From NCBI GenBank assembly GCA_963664705.1, contig OY761556.1, forward strand, positions 1,312,001 through 1,376,000: a stretch of 64,000 bases of DNA, given 5' to 3'. Position numbers and translations under genes: made by a program. Position 1 is the first letter of the stretch, and each line of letters starts with the position of its first letter. The notes beneath the pieces were generated by a model. It was not told the origin of the DNA. It did no database searches and worked only from the letters and a program-made list of their open reading frames with translations. Shown here piece after piece: positions 29,792-39,759 of the stretch. This DNA comes from Acidobacteriota bacterium. GTDB lineage: Bacteria > Acidobacteriota > UBA6911.

Positions 29792-31246
29792 ATGTCTGTT
29801 CGCAATCTTGTTAAATCCATTCAAGACATCATGCGCCAAGATGTCGGCGTTGATGGAGATGCACAACGAATATCCCAACTGTGTTGGATGTTCTTTCTGA
29901 AAATAATAGATGACCAGGATCAGCAGCTCGAAATAATGCAGGATGGCTATCGTTCTCCGCTTCCATCCGAGTATCAATGGCGCAATTGGGCAGCAAACCC
30001 TGAAGGTATCACTGGGGATGCGCTTCTAACTTTTATTAACTCCGAATTGTTTCCGGCCTTAAAAGAGCTATCTATCTCGGGGAAATCAGGGGACCGTCGG
30101 CGTGTGGTACGGGCGTTGTTTGAAGATGCTTATAACTACATGAAATCTGGGCAGCTAATGCGGCAGGTCATTAACAAAATCAATCAAGTTGATTTCAATG
30201 ACTTGGCCGAGCGTCAGCATTTTGGCGACATATATGAGCAGATCCTGAATGATCTACAAAGTGCCGGGAATGCAGGCGAATATTACACCCCAAGGGCTGT
30301 TACTAGTTTCATGGTGGATCGAATTGACCCCAAGCCTGGCGAGATTTTGCTGGATCCCGCTTGCGGCACTGGTGGTTTCTTGACTTGTGCGTTGCGCCAC
30401 ATGCGTGAACGCTATGTGAAGAAGGTTGAAGACGAACAAAAAATGCAGCAGTCATTGCGAGCAGTCGAAAAGAAGCAGCTCCCCCACATGCTCTGTGTCA
30501 CCAATATGTTGTTGCACGGGATCGAGGATCCCGGTTTCGTCCGTCATGACAATACTCTAGCCCGACCTTACATCAGCTACACTGCAAGCGATCGTGTCGA
30601 CATTATCGTTACAAACCCACCTTTCGGAGGACGCGAGGAAGATGGCATTGAGAATAACTTCCCAAAGCACTTTCAGACTCGTGAAACTGCAGATCTATTT
30701 CTAGCTCTCATAATAAGGCTGCTTAAGCCCGGTGGTCGGGCAGCTGTGGTTTTGCCCGATGGCTCCCTTTTTGGTGAAGGCATCAAATCCAGATTAAAAG
30801 AGCATCTGCTGGAAGAGTGCAACCTGCATACAATAGTTCGCTTACCAAATAGCGTATTCAAACCGTATGCCAGCATTGGGACAAACCTGCTGTTCTTCGA
30901 GAAGGGCGAGCCAACGAAAGAGGTTTGGTTCTACGAGCACCAGATACCCGAGGGGCAAAAGGCCTACTCAATGACAAAACCTATTCGAATCGAACATTTC
31001 AAATCGTGCATTGATTGGTGGGGAGGTGCAAAACGGAAAGGCCGCAAAGAAATAGAATCAGCCTGGAGAATTTCGGCAGAAGAAGTTAAACGCCGTGGCT
31101 ATAATCTTGATTTGAAAAACCCCCGCACAGTTTTAGATAAATACGAAACCTCAGACAATCTTATTGCCAAGCTTATCGAAGCCGAGGGGCAAGTGGCGTC
31201 ATTACGAGAACAGCTGAAGGCCGCATTATCTGAGGCGCTGTTATGA
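29792..31246 (+). CDS. hsdM: Type I methyltransferase subunit M (m6A)
   Basis: GEYYTPR, DPACGTGGFL, NPPF. Confidence 0.95.
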   Translation: MSVRNLVKSIQDIMRQDVGVDGDAQRISQLCWMFFLKIIDDQDQQLEIMQDGYRSPLPSEYQWRNWAANPEGITGDALLTFINSELFPALKELSISGKSGDRRRVVRALFEDAYNYMKSGQLMRQVINKINQVDFNDLAERQHFGDIYEQILNDLQSAGNAGEYYTPRAVTSFMVDRIDPKPGEILLDPACGTGGFLTCALRHMRERYVKKVEDEQKMQQSLRAVEKKQLPHMLCVTNMLLHGIEDPGFVRHDNTLARPYISYTASDRVDIIVTNPPFGGREEDGIENNFPKHFQTRETADLFLALIIRLLKPGGRAAVVLPDGSLFGEGIKSRLKEHLLEECNLHTIVRLPNSVFKPYASIGTNLLFFEKGEPTKEVWFYEHQIPEGQKAYSMTKPIRIEHFKSCIDWWGGAKRKGRKEIESAWRISAEEVKRRGYNLDLKNPRTVLDKYETSDNLIAKLIEAEGQVASLREQLKAALSEALL

Positions 31247-32982
31247 CAAATCCGAATCTACTCCTCAAGCATTTTAGTGGAAATATCGAAGCGCCCGGTG
31301 CAGTTTCACGACTGCGCCAGCTTATCCTAAATCTTGCGGTTCGTGGAAAGCTCGTCGATCAGAACCCAGATGATGAACCGGCGTCAGAGTTTCTGCTTCG
31401 CATTGATGCTGAGAAGACACAACGGGCAATAAAGTATTCTAGAACTGCGGCACCTTCTTTGCCGATTGCCAAACAGGGTATGGATTATGAACTGCCTAGT
31501 GGATGGCAATGGGTCCGAATGGCCGAGATAGCAAAGCTCTGGAATGGCTTTGCTTTTGGTAGTGGAGATTTTACGTCGGATGGCATTCCGGTTGTTCGCA
31601 TTGGAGATCTTCAGAATGGTGCGGTTGTTTTGGACAACGCTGTTTGCGTTTCCGAGAAAATAGCAAATGCATTAAAACCTGAGATTTGGATTCCTCCAGA
31701 TGCACTCCTTATAGCTATGTCTGGCGCTACCACAGGTAAAGTAGCTTTTAACTTTACTGGTCGTCGTCTTTTGCTGAATCAAAGAGTCGGACGAATTGAG
31801 CTTTTTTTAGTAAATGCCAAATTCATCAAGCTTTTTTTCGAAACTATTATAGCTCGAAATCTCAGCATTTCTTCGGGGACAGCGATTCCCAATTTAAGCA
31901 CAGAACAAATTAACAACACTATCGTGCCCCTTGCTCCACTCGCCGAACAACACCGCATTGTTTCCAAAGTAGATGAATTAATGAAACTTTGTGAACGCTT
32001 GGAGGCTGCCCAGGCCGAACGAGAGAACCAGCGAGATAGGCTAGTGTCAGCATCTCTCCAGCGGCTGAGTAAACCCGCTGATGAGAAAGCATTTTGCAAT
32101 GCTGCCCGGTTTTGTATCCGCCATTTTGATCGGCTTACAACTCATCCCGAGCATATTCAACAACTCAAAAAAACTATTCTCGATTTAGCAATCAGAGGCA
32201 GATTAGTTCGGCAGGAATCTACTGACGAACCTGCCGAAAAAATTTTGCTAAGGATACAGGATGAAAAGCTGAATCTCTTAAGGAAAGGAATAATCAAGAA
32301 AAACGATTTTGCCCAGCGTTCACCATCGGAGTCGGAATTTCCTTTTCGTCTACCAGAAGGATGGATGCCCGCAAACCTTCAAGCATTATGCCAGTCGATT
32401 GCGGATGGAGATCACCTTCCGCCGCCAAAGGCTGACGCAGGTATCCCATTCTTGGTCATCGGAAATGTCCGAAACGAAAAAATAGATTTTTCTGGATGTC
32501 GGCATGTACTCGAAGAATATTATAACAACCTTAACCCTATCCGTCGACCTAGGAAGGGTGACGTCTTATACACCTTGGTAGGATCATACGGAATTCCAGT
32601 CCTAGTTGAAGATAATCAACAATTTTGTGTGCAAAGGCATATCGGAATTTTACGCCCGTCCAACGAGATAAATTCCACATTTTTGTACTGGATATTGGGA
32701 AGTCGTTGGGTTTTCGATCAAGCGAGCAAACGCGCTACAGGCATTGCGCAGAAGACGGTGCCGTTAGAAGGATTGAGAAATATCCTTATTCCGCTTCCTC
32801 CGATTGCGGAGCAAAATCGAATTGTCACCAGAGTAAATGAGCTTATCACGTTATGTCACCAAATTGAACTACAGCTTTCGATAAGCCAATCAGAAAAGAG
32901 CCGCTTATTTGATTCTCTTCTTCACAATGCTCTCCTGCCTTATGTAAACCTAAATAACCTGAAGAATGAAAGAGCAGTATGA
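31243..32982 (+). CDS. hsdS: Type I specificity subunit S
   Basis: Two repeats of LAxRGxLV, LPxGW and PLxPxAEQxRIV. Confidence 0.93.
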   Translation: MTNPNLLLKHFSGNIEAPGAVSRLRQLILNLAVRGKLVDQNPDDEPASEFLLRIDAEKTQRAIKYSRTAAPSLPIAKQGMDYELPSGWQWVRMAEIAKLWNGFAFGSGDFTSDGIPVVRIGDLQNGAVVLDNAVCVSEKIANALKPEIWIPPDALLIAMSGATTGKVAFNFTGRRLLLNQRVGRIELFLVNAKFIKLFFETIIARNLSISSGTAIPNLSTEQINNTIVPLAPLAEQHRIVSKVDELMKLCERLEAAQAERENQRDRLVSASLQRLSKPADEKAFCNAARFCIRHFDRLTTHPEHIQQLKKTILDLAIRGRLVRQESTDEPAEKILLRIQDEKLNLLRKGIIKKNDFAQRSPSESEFPFRLPEGWMPANLQALCQSIADGDHLPPPKADAGIPFLVIGNVRNEKIDFSGCRHVLEEYYNNLNPIRRPRKGDVLYTLVGSYGIPVLVEDNQQFCVQRHIGILRPSNEINSTFLYWILGSRWVFDQASKRATGIAQKTVPLEGLRNILIPLPPIAEQNRIVTRVNELITLCHQIELQLSISQSEKSRLFDSLLHNALLPYVNLNNLKNERAV

Positions 32983-33525
32983 GTCCAACACGTAAAATTT
33001 GCGGCGGTTCTCCTTGCAGTACCTGCATCATTAGGCGGATCTACATATATATACCGGTGACATGAGGATGCTTCATATCGGTTGGATCCTTCTCTTTACA
33101 GAGCAGTAACAAATAATAGAATCTTCCCGTTACCTACAGCTGATTATCTTCTTTCGAGAGAGCTTTACTTAGGTTATGAATTCCGTGCCATTTCACCAAA
33201 TCATCTTCCATGCGTAGCGATATAGATTGGTGGCCAATAATGCGTCACTATGGAGTCCCGACACGAATGCTTGATTGGACAGCTTCCAATTTCTGTTGCA
33301 GCATATTTTGCCGTGTCGGGGCAACCGGCAAAAGATGCTGCGATATACGTGGTGCACCTAAATACACTAAATAATGCTATGAAATCTGCCTATTCACAGT
33401 TCCGAATACGAATACGGGCGGAGAGAAAACCGGAATTCACTCGGCAGCTGTGGAACATGAATTTAACTGGCCGCTCTTTATTTCCAGGTTTGGATGGAAT
33501 AGGTAGGCAGGAAGAAATTATTTGA
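32979..33525 (+). pseudogene. FRG domain protein, disrupted
   Basis: YR*HEDASYRLDPSLYR (TGA at 33058 in place of Gly), MRHYGVPTRMLDWT at ~33240, SLFPGLDG near the end; several frameshifts. Confidence 0.75.
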
Positions 33526-33797
33526 TACCACAGAATAAGCGATAACGCGGCGGAAAAAGGGCTTCATATATCAGCGGGATGAGCCTAATAGGTGAAATGA
33601 AGAAATAGGTGCATGGTTCGGAAAAATATTGCAAAGGAGATTTATTGGATTCTGCGCCTCAGCATCCAGCCAAATAGATCGAATCTCTCCAGCCCTGGAT
33701 ATTGCAATTGATAGGAGATGTCACCTTTGCGATTTTTCATCCTTCAGACCGGAGTTCTTCCAGTGCGCTTGCTTTCGTTTCCAATGCCTGTTCAGGC

Positions 33798-34717
33798 TCA
33801 TTCTCGGCAGTATCTTAGATAAATGAGCCACCCATCATGATCTCGAGTGAGCATTGCTGGTTGATCCAGCATTCCCTTTTTTAGCCCTTTTTTAAGCCTA
33901 CGGAATGGATTCACTCCCACAAAACCTGCATAGAACAGAAGATTGGACACGCTATGTTGAAGGCGTATGTCGCTAAGCCAACCCTGATAACTAGACTGAG
34001 ACATGCCGGTTTCTTTCTCAAACCTTGTCATGTTCTCTTTGAGAGGCGTGAACCAATCGATGCCCACAGCTTCGATATGAAGCCGCCCTGTATTTCTCGA
34101 TGCGGTCCAAGACTGCCGAACTTTTCTGGGAAGGGGGCCAAACCTATTATCCCAAGCCTTCATGGTTTCCCTGGCAAACAGATCTGCAACCCGAATTCGT
34201 GAACTCTCAGCCGAAGAAAGAAATGTGAGCTTCGGGGAAATATACTGGCTCCATTCAGAATCTTGCACTAGAGTTTCATAAAATCGGGTTGCATTGTGTT
34301 CATTTTTCCGGCGATTATCGAACGCAAATTGAACCATTTCGCTATTGTTAACAGCGCAATTACGCATTGCCCGAATAAGTTCAAGAAAGCATTTGTAATA
34401 TGCAATATCTGGCGCATTGGGGAAGACCGTGCGTTGAGCCGCCAAATCAATTACGAAACCCCATCCACCAAGTCCGCTTTCAACCAACAATGTAACCAGA
34501 TCACGGTACAAAGCTTTATTTATGGCATGATCATTGGCTTTGTAATCGCCCCTGTCGCTAGCACAATCATTAGCATGATGCCGCTAGTTCTGGCATTCCA
34601 TTTTACTTCCAGCGATTCCCACAGTTCGTCGTTGCCAATTAAACCAGCAACGGCAAACACTCTTTCCTTCCTTTCATCAGAGCTTTCATCTGCATATACG
34701 CTTAACATATCCACCAT
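33798..34717 (-). pseudogene. DUF3800-like protein split by a frameshift near 34577
   Basis: SVYADES..VFAVAG N-terminus; the alternate frame continues HANDCASDRGDY..KALYRDL and RVADLFARE. Confidence 0.7.
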
Positions 34718-34850
34718 TCTGCAATCTTGCCTAAAGATGCCCATTCAGATCAGCAGAAGCGCACTTGCTCTGTAAGAAAATACGCTTTTTATAATCCAAG
34801 CTATGCTGGACCTGCCATCAAGCTTTTGTAGAGGGGCCTTGTCGCCCATG

Positions 34851-35726
34851 TTACTGCGGTTTCGCCCGTTGCTTATCAATCATTCGTGTGCCCGCGTGGA
34901 TAGTAGCCAAGTAAAAGTAGAATATCCAACTTAGCCATATCGTTGGGTCATAGTCGGTCTTCTGTTTGGAATTGTGATGACGAATTCCAAAGTTGTTAGC
35001 AATTTCAAACAGGTCCGATTCGTCTTTGGATAAAAGAACTTTTTTCAATTTTGGCCGCAAAAACTCTAACACATCGGCCAGATCGCGGATGGCATCTCGC
35101 CTGTCTTCGCGAGATGCACCACGTCGGCGAAATTTGTCGACAGCGGTATTAACACGGATCTGTATGTTTCGTTGGTCGTATGTGGGAACTGGGGCCTGAA
35201 GCAGTGGTTCGAGGTTCCCTCCAGGCAGTAAAAGAATTTCGCCGCGTGATGATAGCTCATACCCGGAGCCATAATCTCGCAGCAGGGCATTTATCTCTTC
35301 CCGCCACTCAGCATTTGCCGTTCCCTTTTTGAATTTTTTATAATGATAACCACAATTCCCATAGTCGTGGTAATAGCCTTCTGCAATTGGCTGAGACGCA
35401 TGATCGAAAAGGAACTCAATCAGATCAAAAATCTCGTCTTCGCTCAGATCAGCTTTCCGTTCCCAGATAGGGAACAGTCCCTTTCGACGAATTTTGCGAT
35501 AAGCATAGCCTTCGACGTCCCCAACAAGGCCGGGTTCATAGCCGTCAACGCAATTAATTCCAAGGTATTCCTGGAAGTAGCCTTTAGATTCAAACGCTGT
35601 GTAGGTCACTAGGAAAAAATCGCGGAATTCTTCCAGCGTTAGCCCCTCTGACTTTTTCAGGCGGCCCGTACGCATTGAATAATACGAACGGTTGTTCACT
35701 GATTCTATCTCATCCTTTCTCGGCAA
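34851..35726 (-). CDS. AbiJ-like protein (NTD4-type N-terminus with HEPN-like C-terminus)
   Basis: RSYYSMRTG N-terminus; LADVLEFLR; ANNFGIRHHN putative HEPN motif. Confidence 0.65.
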   Translation of the reverse strand: MPRKDEIESVNNRSYYSMRTGRLKKSEGLTLEEFRDFFLVTYTAFESKGYFQEYLGINCVDGYEPGLVGDVEGYAYRKIRRKGLFPIWERKADLSEDEIFDLIEFLFDHASQPIAEGYYHDYGNCGYHYKKFKKGTANAEWREEINALLRDYGSGYELSSRGEILLLPGGNLEPLLQAPVPTYDQRNIQIRVNTAVDKFRRRGASREDRRDAIRDLADVLEFLRPKLKKVLLSKDESDLFEIANNFGIRHHNSKQKTDYDPTIWLSWIFYFYLATIHAGTRMIDKQRAKPQ

Positions 35727-35968
35727 AACACGAGCCTATAGATTGGTAAAGCATTTGATTTTAGTTGCATTTTATCTCCAGACCCTTGAATTGATAAAGC
35801 CCTTTCAGCTAAGAAGTTAAAGCATAGAATAATAAATCGAGGACCGGTCACGGGTTTTTGCGACCATTTGAGCTAAAATCCTTTAATGATGCGTGCAAAA
35901 TACCAACGCCATGTTATTTTATTAGCAATAAAGAAGATGTCCAGAATCTTCAATAGGAGGAGTGATTT

Positions 35969-38140
35969 TTGGAATCAGGTGTCAAAATAATTCAGGGAAC
36001 TAACTCAAAACCTGCATCAAGCAGAGCGCTTGTTGAATATTTCTCCAACAATTTAGCTGATGCCGGGGAACTGTTCATTGGGTTCCCCATTATCGGAACA
36101 CCAGAGGGACGGCATCCGATCGATGCTATGTGGATCTCTCCAACTAAAGGGATCGTCATTTTCGATCTTGTTGAAGGTGTTGATCCTGGTGAATATTCTG
36201 AACGTCAAGACGATGCTGCCAACAAAATTGAAGCGCGATTGAAGACTCATCGAGAGTTGATGGATCGAAGGAATTTGCTGATACCCATTCACACTATTTC
36301 CTTTGCTCCTGGAATCAGCACTCCTGAAAGGTTTGAGCGACCCGATTACCCGCTGGTTAACCTAAACTCGATTGATTTATGCCTAAGGGCGTTCGCTTGG
36401 GGTGATTCAGATACCTCAGTGTACGGGGCGACGCTGTCTGCACTTCAGAATATCTCTTCGATTCGCAAATCGCGAACTAAGAGGATCACAACAAAAGTGG
36501 ATTCGCGTGGAGCAAAACTGAAGCGCCTGGAGGATTCCATCGCAACTCTAGACAGCTTGCAGAACAAGGCAGTTGTCGAAACTGTTGATGGCGTACAAAG
36601 AATACGGGGCTTGGCTGGATCCGGTAAGACGATCGTACTTGCGCTCAAAGCCGCCTACCTTCACGCGCAACACCCTGACTGGCGTATAGCAGTTACCTTC
36701 AATACGAGATCACTAAAGGGTCAGTTCAAACGTCTTATCAACTCGTTCGTGATAGAACAGACAAAGGAAGAACCCGACTGGGATAATCTTTGTATATTGA
36801 ATGCATGGGGTGCCCCTGGGGGAAAAGATAGAGAAGGAATTTACCATGAGTTTTGTCGGGCGCAGGACATCCCCTATTACGATTATCGGAGTGCAAAGGC
36901 CATTTATGGTCGAGGGGAAGAATTTGCAGGCGTATGTAATGAAGCTCTGAAACAAGCTCAAAAAATTACCCAGTACTATGATGCGATCCTAGTTGATGAA
37001 GCACAGGATTTATCACCAGCATTCCTTCGAATGTGTTACGACATTTTAACCGAACAAAAGAGATTGGTTTATGCATACGATGAGCTTCAAAACCTATCTG
37101 GCAATTCCTTGCCACCTCCAGAAGATATCTTTGGTAAGCATGAAGATGGGTCGTCTCGCGTGACTTTCGACGATTCTCCTGAGACGAGTCCTATACGGGA
37201 CATAATTTTGCCGATGTGCTATCGCAATTCGCGCCCGGTGCTTGTAACCGCGCATTCGCTTGGATTTGGTATATATAGGACTCCTCCCCCAAAGAGCGAT
37301 ATAGGGTTGGTTCAAATGTTCGGAAATGCTCGGCTTTGGGAGGAGATCGGCTATCAGGTTAAAGATGGCATACTTCAGGATAACAGTGACGTTGTTCTGG
37401 CAAGAACCCCCGAGACTAGTCCCAAATTTCTTGAAGACCATTCTCCTATCGACGACCTAATCCAGTTCCATGTTTTCGATACTGTAGATGAACAAGCTGA
37501 ATGGGTCAGTAAGTCCATAGAAAAAAATATTACCGAAGACGAATTAAGGCATGACGATATTGTAGTTATAAATCCCAACCCAATCACTACTCTCGAAGAA
37601 GCTGGCCGTATCCGTGATCGACTTCTCGAAATGAAGATCAATTCCCATCTTGCCGGGGTTGATACCAATCCAGATGTATTTTTCGAATCCGAAAGCCCGT
37701 CAGTTACTTTTACTGGCATTTATCGTGCGAAGGGAAATGAGGCCGGGATGGTCTATATCATCAATGCGCATGATTGTCAGTCGGCATTTTTCAATTTAGC
37801 TAGTATTCGTAATCGTCTGTTCACGGCCATAACGAGAAGTAAAGCTTGGGTTAGAATTTTGGGTGTTGGTCCAAAAATGGAAGCCCTGATCGCTGAATTT
37901 GATGAGCTTAAAAAAAGAAATTTCGAGCTCCAATTTCGATATCCTAGCGAATCAGAACGCCAAAAATTGGGCATTGTGCATAGAGACATGACAGCAGCGG
38001 AGCAGAGAAAGCTAAAATCAACAGAGAAGCAATTGGCGGATCTGGTCAATGATTTGGAGTTTGGAAATGTTTACCCCGATGATCTGGACGATGCTTTGTT
38101 AAAGAGACTTGAAACTCTCCTTAAAAGAAAGCGGGAGTAA
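35969..38140 (+). CDS. Superfamily I (UvrD-like) helicase of a helicase-DUF2290 system
   Basis: GLAGSGKT, DEAQD, YRNS, YRAKGNE, FTAITRS; AGGAGG RBS before TTG. Confidence 0.85.
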   Translation: MESGVKIIQGTNSKPASSRALVEYFSNNLADAGELFIGFPIIGTPEGRHPIDAMWISPTKGIVIFDLVEGVDPGEYSERQDDAANKIEARLKTHRELMDRRNLLIPIHTISFAPGISTPERFERPDYPLVNLNSIDLCLRAFAWGDSDTSVYGATLSALQNISSIRKSRTKRITTKVDSRGAKLKRLEDSIATLDSLQNKAVVETVDGVQRIRGLAGSGKTIVLALKAAYLHAQHPDWRIAVTFNTRSLKGQFKRLINSFVIEQTKEEPDWDNLCILNAWGAPGGKDREGIYHEFCRAQDIPYYDYRSAKAIYGRGEEFAGVCNEALKQAQKITQYYDAILVDEAQDLSPAFLRMCYDILTEQKRLVYAYDELQNLSGNSLPPPEDIFGKHEDGSSRVTFDDSPETSPIRDIILPMCYRNSRPVLVTAHSLGFGIYRTPPPKSDIGLVQMFGNARLWEEIGYQVKDGILQDNSDVVLARTPETSPKFLEDHSPIDDLIQFHVFDTVDEQAEWVSKSIEKNITEDELRHDDIVVINPNPITTLEEAGRIRDRLLEMKINSHLAGVDTNPDVFFESESPSVTFTGIYRAKGNEAGMVYIINAHDCQSAFFNLASIRNRLFTAITRSKAWVRILGVGPKMEALIAEFDELKKRNFELQFRYPSESERQKLGIVHRDMTAAEQRKLKSTEKQLADLVNDLEFGNVYPDDLDDALLKRLETLLKRKRE

Positions 38141-38146
38141 AAGTTT

Positions 38147-38824
38147 GTGCTAAGCGCGACTGATGTACTGAATCAGGTCAATAAGTTGATTCACCATCTT
38201 GTAAAAATAGGACTGGCCACTGATCAAAATCTTGCTTTTCTCAAGTCTGATTCAGCAAATACAGTTGAGATTACATTTCAAAAATCTGGGCTTATTTCAG
38301 CAGCTCTGAAAGATGAGCCTTATACCGAAATTTATAAATATTTTGCAGATGAACGCGCTTTTATGGTCAAGATGATCGATGGCGCCCTAATTCAAATGAG
38401 GTATTTGTTTACAAACGATAAGATTCAACGTCATACATTGAGCTTTTTACCGGCGCCCCATCTTGAGGAATTCCAGAGCAACCCCGAGATCTATCTGCTG
38501 GAAGAAATATACGCAGACATTGTCGCCAGAAGCATCGTTCCTTTCCCATTCAGATTCGATTGTGATTGTCGCGATGAAGTGGCTAAGCCGGTGGAGCATC
38601 CAAAATCTCATTTTACTTTGGGTCAATACATAAATTGCAGGATTCCTGTCTCATCACCAGTAACACCGGCCTGCTTTATTACTTTTGTGTTGCGAAATTT
38701 TTATCATACTGGATACCTTAAATTCGCGGATGATCTGCCAATTTTGAAAGAAGTGTTCTCTGAAACCATTTTTGTTGAGGAGCGTACATTGCCATTCCTT
38801 CAGGTTCCTTGTAGTAACGCATAG
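38147..38824 (+). CDS. DUF2290-like protein
   Basis: DGALIQMRY, PFRFD, HPKSHFTLGQYINCRIPV; immediately behind the helicase. Confidence 0.75.
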   Translation: MLSATDVLNQVNKLIHHLVKIGLATDQNLAFLKSDSANTVEITFQKSGLISAALKDEPYTEIYKYFADERAFMVKMIDGALIQMRYLFTNDKIQRHTLSFLPAPHLEEFQSNPEIYLLEEIYADIVARSIVPFPFRFDCDCRDEVAKPVEHPKSHFTLGQYINCRIPVSSPVTPACFITFVLRNFYHTGYLKFADDLPILKEVFSETIFVEERTLPFLQVPCSNA

Positions 38825-39048
38825 GAATAAAAACTTTCAATATATGCCGACGGCTTGCTCCAGAATAAGATGCATTGGATCAAGAGCGCTCTAATTTATA
38901 GTGAGAAGTGTTCTTCAGATCTTCGGACGTCAAGGAAATTTAGAATGTAGAGAGATCGGCGGAAGGCAGGCGTGCGCATCCTGACATGCCTAGTCGGTGG
39001 AAGAAGGCCACCCCCTTCCGGGGGGGACTACCCGGGGGGTAGAAAAAC

Positions 39049-39068
39049 TTGCAGGAAAGTTGCAGGAA
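39049..39068 (+). promoter_or_regulatory. Putative integrase arm-type site (TTGCAGGA x2)
   Basis: TTGCAGGAAAGTTGCAGGAA matches 20342-20361. Confidence 0.6.
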
Positions 39069-39193
39069 ATGAGGTGAACAAAGTGGACGTTCTTTGGTTT
39101 TGCTTGTTCTTTTTGTTCATGCGGTTAAGCAGTGTTAATGCATGTGTGGCTCTAATGCCTTCATTATCAACATCTCGGAAAAATGGCTAGGCG

Positions 39194-39241
39194 GGACTTC
39201 GAATCCGCAGGCCGCCCGTTCGAGTCGGGCCGGGTGCGCCA
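39194..39241 (+). repeat. att site: duplicated 3' 48 bp of tRNA-Arg
   Basis: Identical to 20226-20273. Confidence 0.95.
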
Positions 39242-39326
39242 TAAGTTCTTCATTCCTCTTGGCTTTCCCATTCCTGAAAATCCGCAATCCCTGCGCATGG
39301 TGTCCTTGGGGGCAATATGGGGGCAG

Positions 39327-39478
39327 TTATGCAGTTTTTGCCTCAGCAGGCGTTGATTCTTCTTTTGGATGAAGTGCTAATTCAAGGGCATCTATCGCCG
39401 CTTTTTTGTGGGCTGGGGCAAGGTGAGCATAGCGCAAAGTCATCTCAATAGTCTTATGGCGCATGATCTCCTTCACGT
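39327..39478 (-). pseudogene. C-terminal remnant of a second tyrosine integrase
   Basis: VKEIMRHKTIEMTLRYAHLAPAHKKAA closely matches the end of 20374-21498. Confidence 0.85.
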
Positions 39479-39759
39479 GACCAGATCCACACCCTCCATT
39501 ACAAGGTGTGAGGCACAGGTATGGCGCAAAATGTGGAAGGTCACTCCCTTCAGTTCGGATTAAGGGTGGCATCCTATCTCTTACGGCGCATTATTCCTGC
39601 CAATTCCAAATGCAATTGTCCTGTAGTCCCGATATGGGAGATTGCGCCAAAATATCAATTCCCGTGTCGAAACTGCATTCTACGCTGATTTACCCGCTCG
39701 GAAGGCCGTTTCGTGGGAACGATACGATATATTTATCGTGGAATATACCGGAGGTGCCT

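Larger units (their letters stand above)
20226..39241. mobile_element. tRNA-integrated phage-satellite-like (P4/PICI-like) element / defence island
   Basis: 48-bp att duplication, tyrosine integrase, P4-type primase, excisionase-like HTH, AT-richer defence cargo, no capsid or tail genes recognised. Confidence 0.88.

Noticed and set aside
33058-33060. TGA in the FRG motif as recoding or selenocysteine
   Set aside because: It replaces a Gly codon by a single substitution and the gene also has frameshifts.
20274-39241. Complete prophage or conjugative ICE
   Set aside because: No capsid, tail, large terminase, lysis, relaxase or T4SS genes were recognised.
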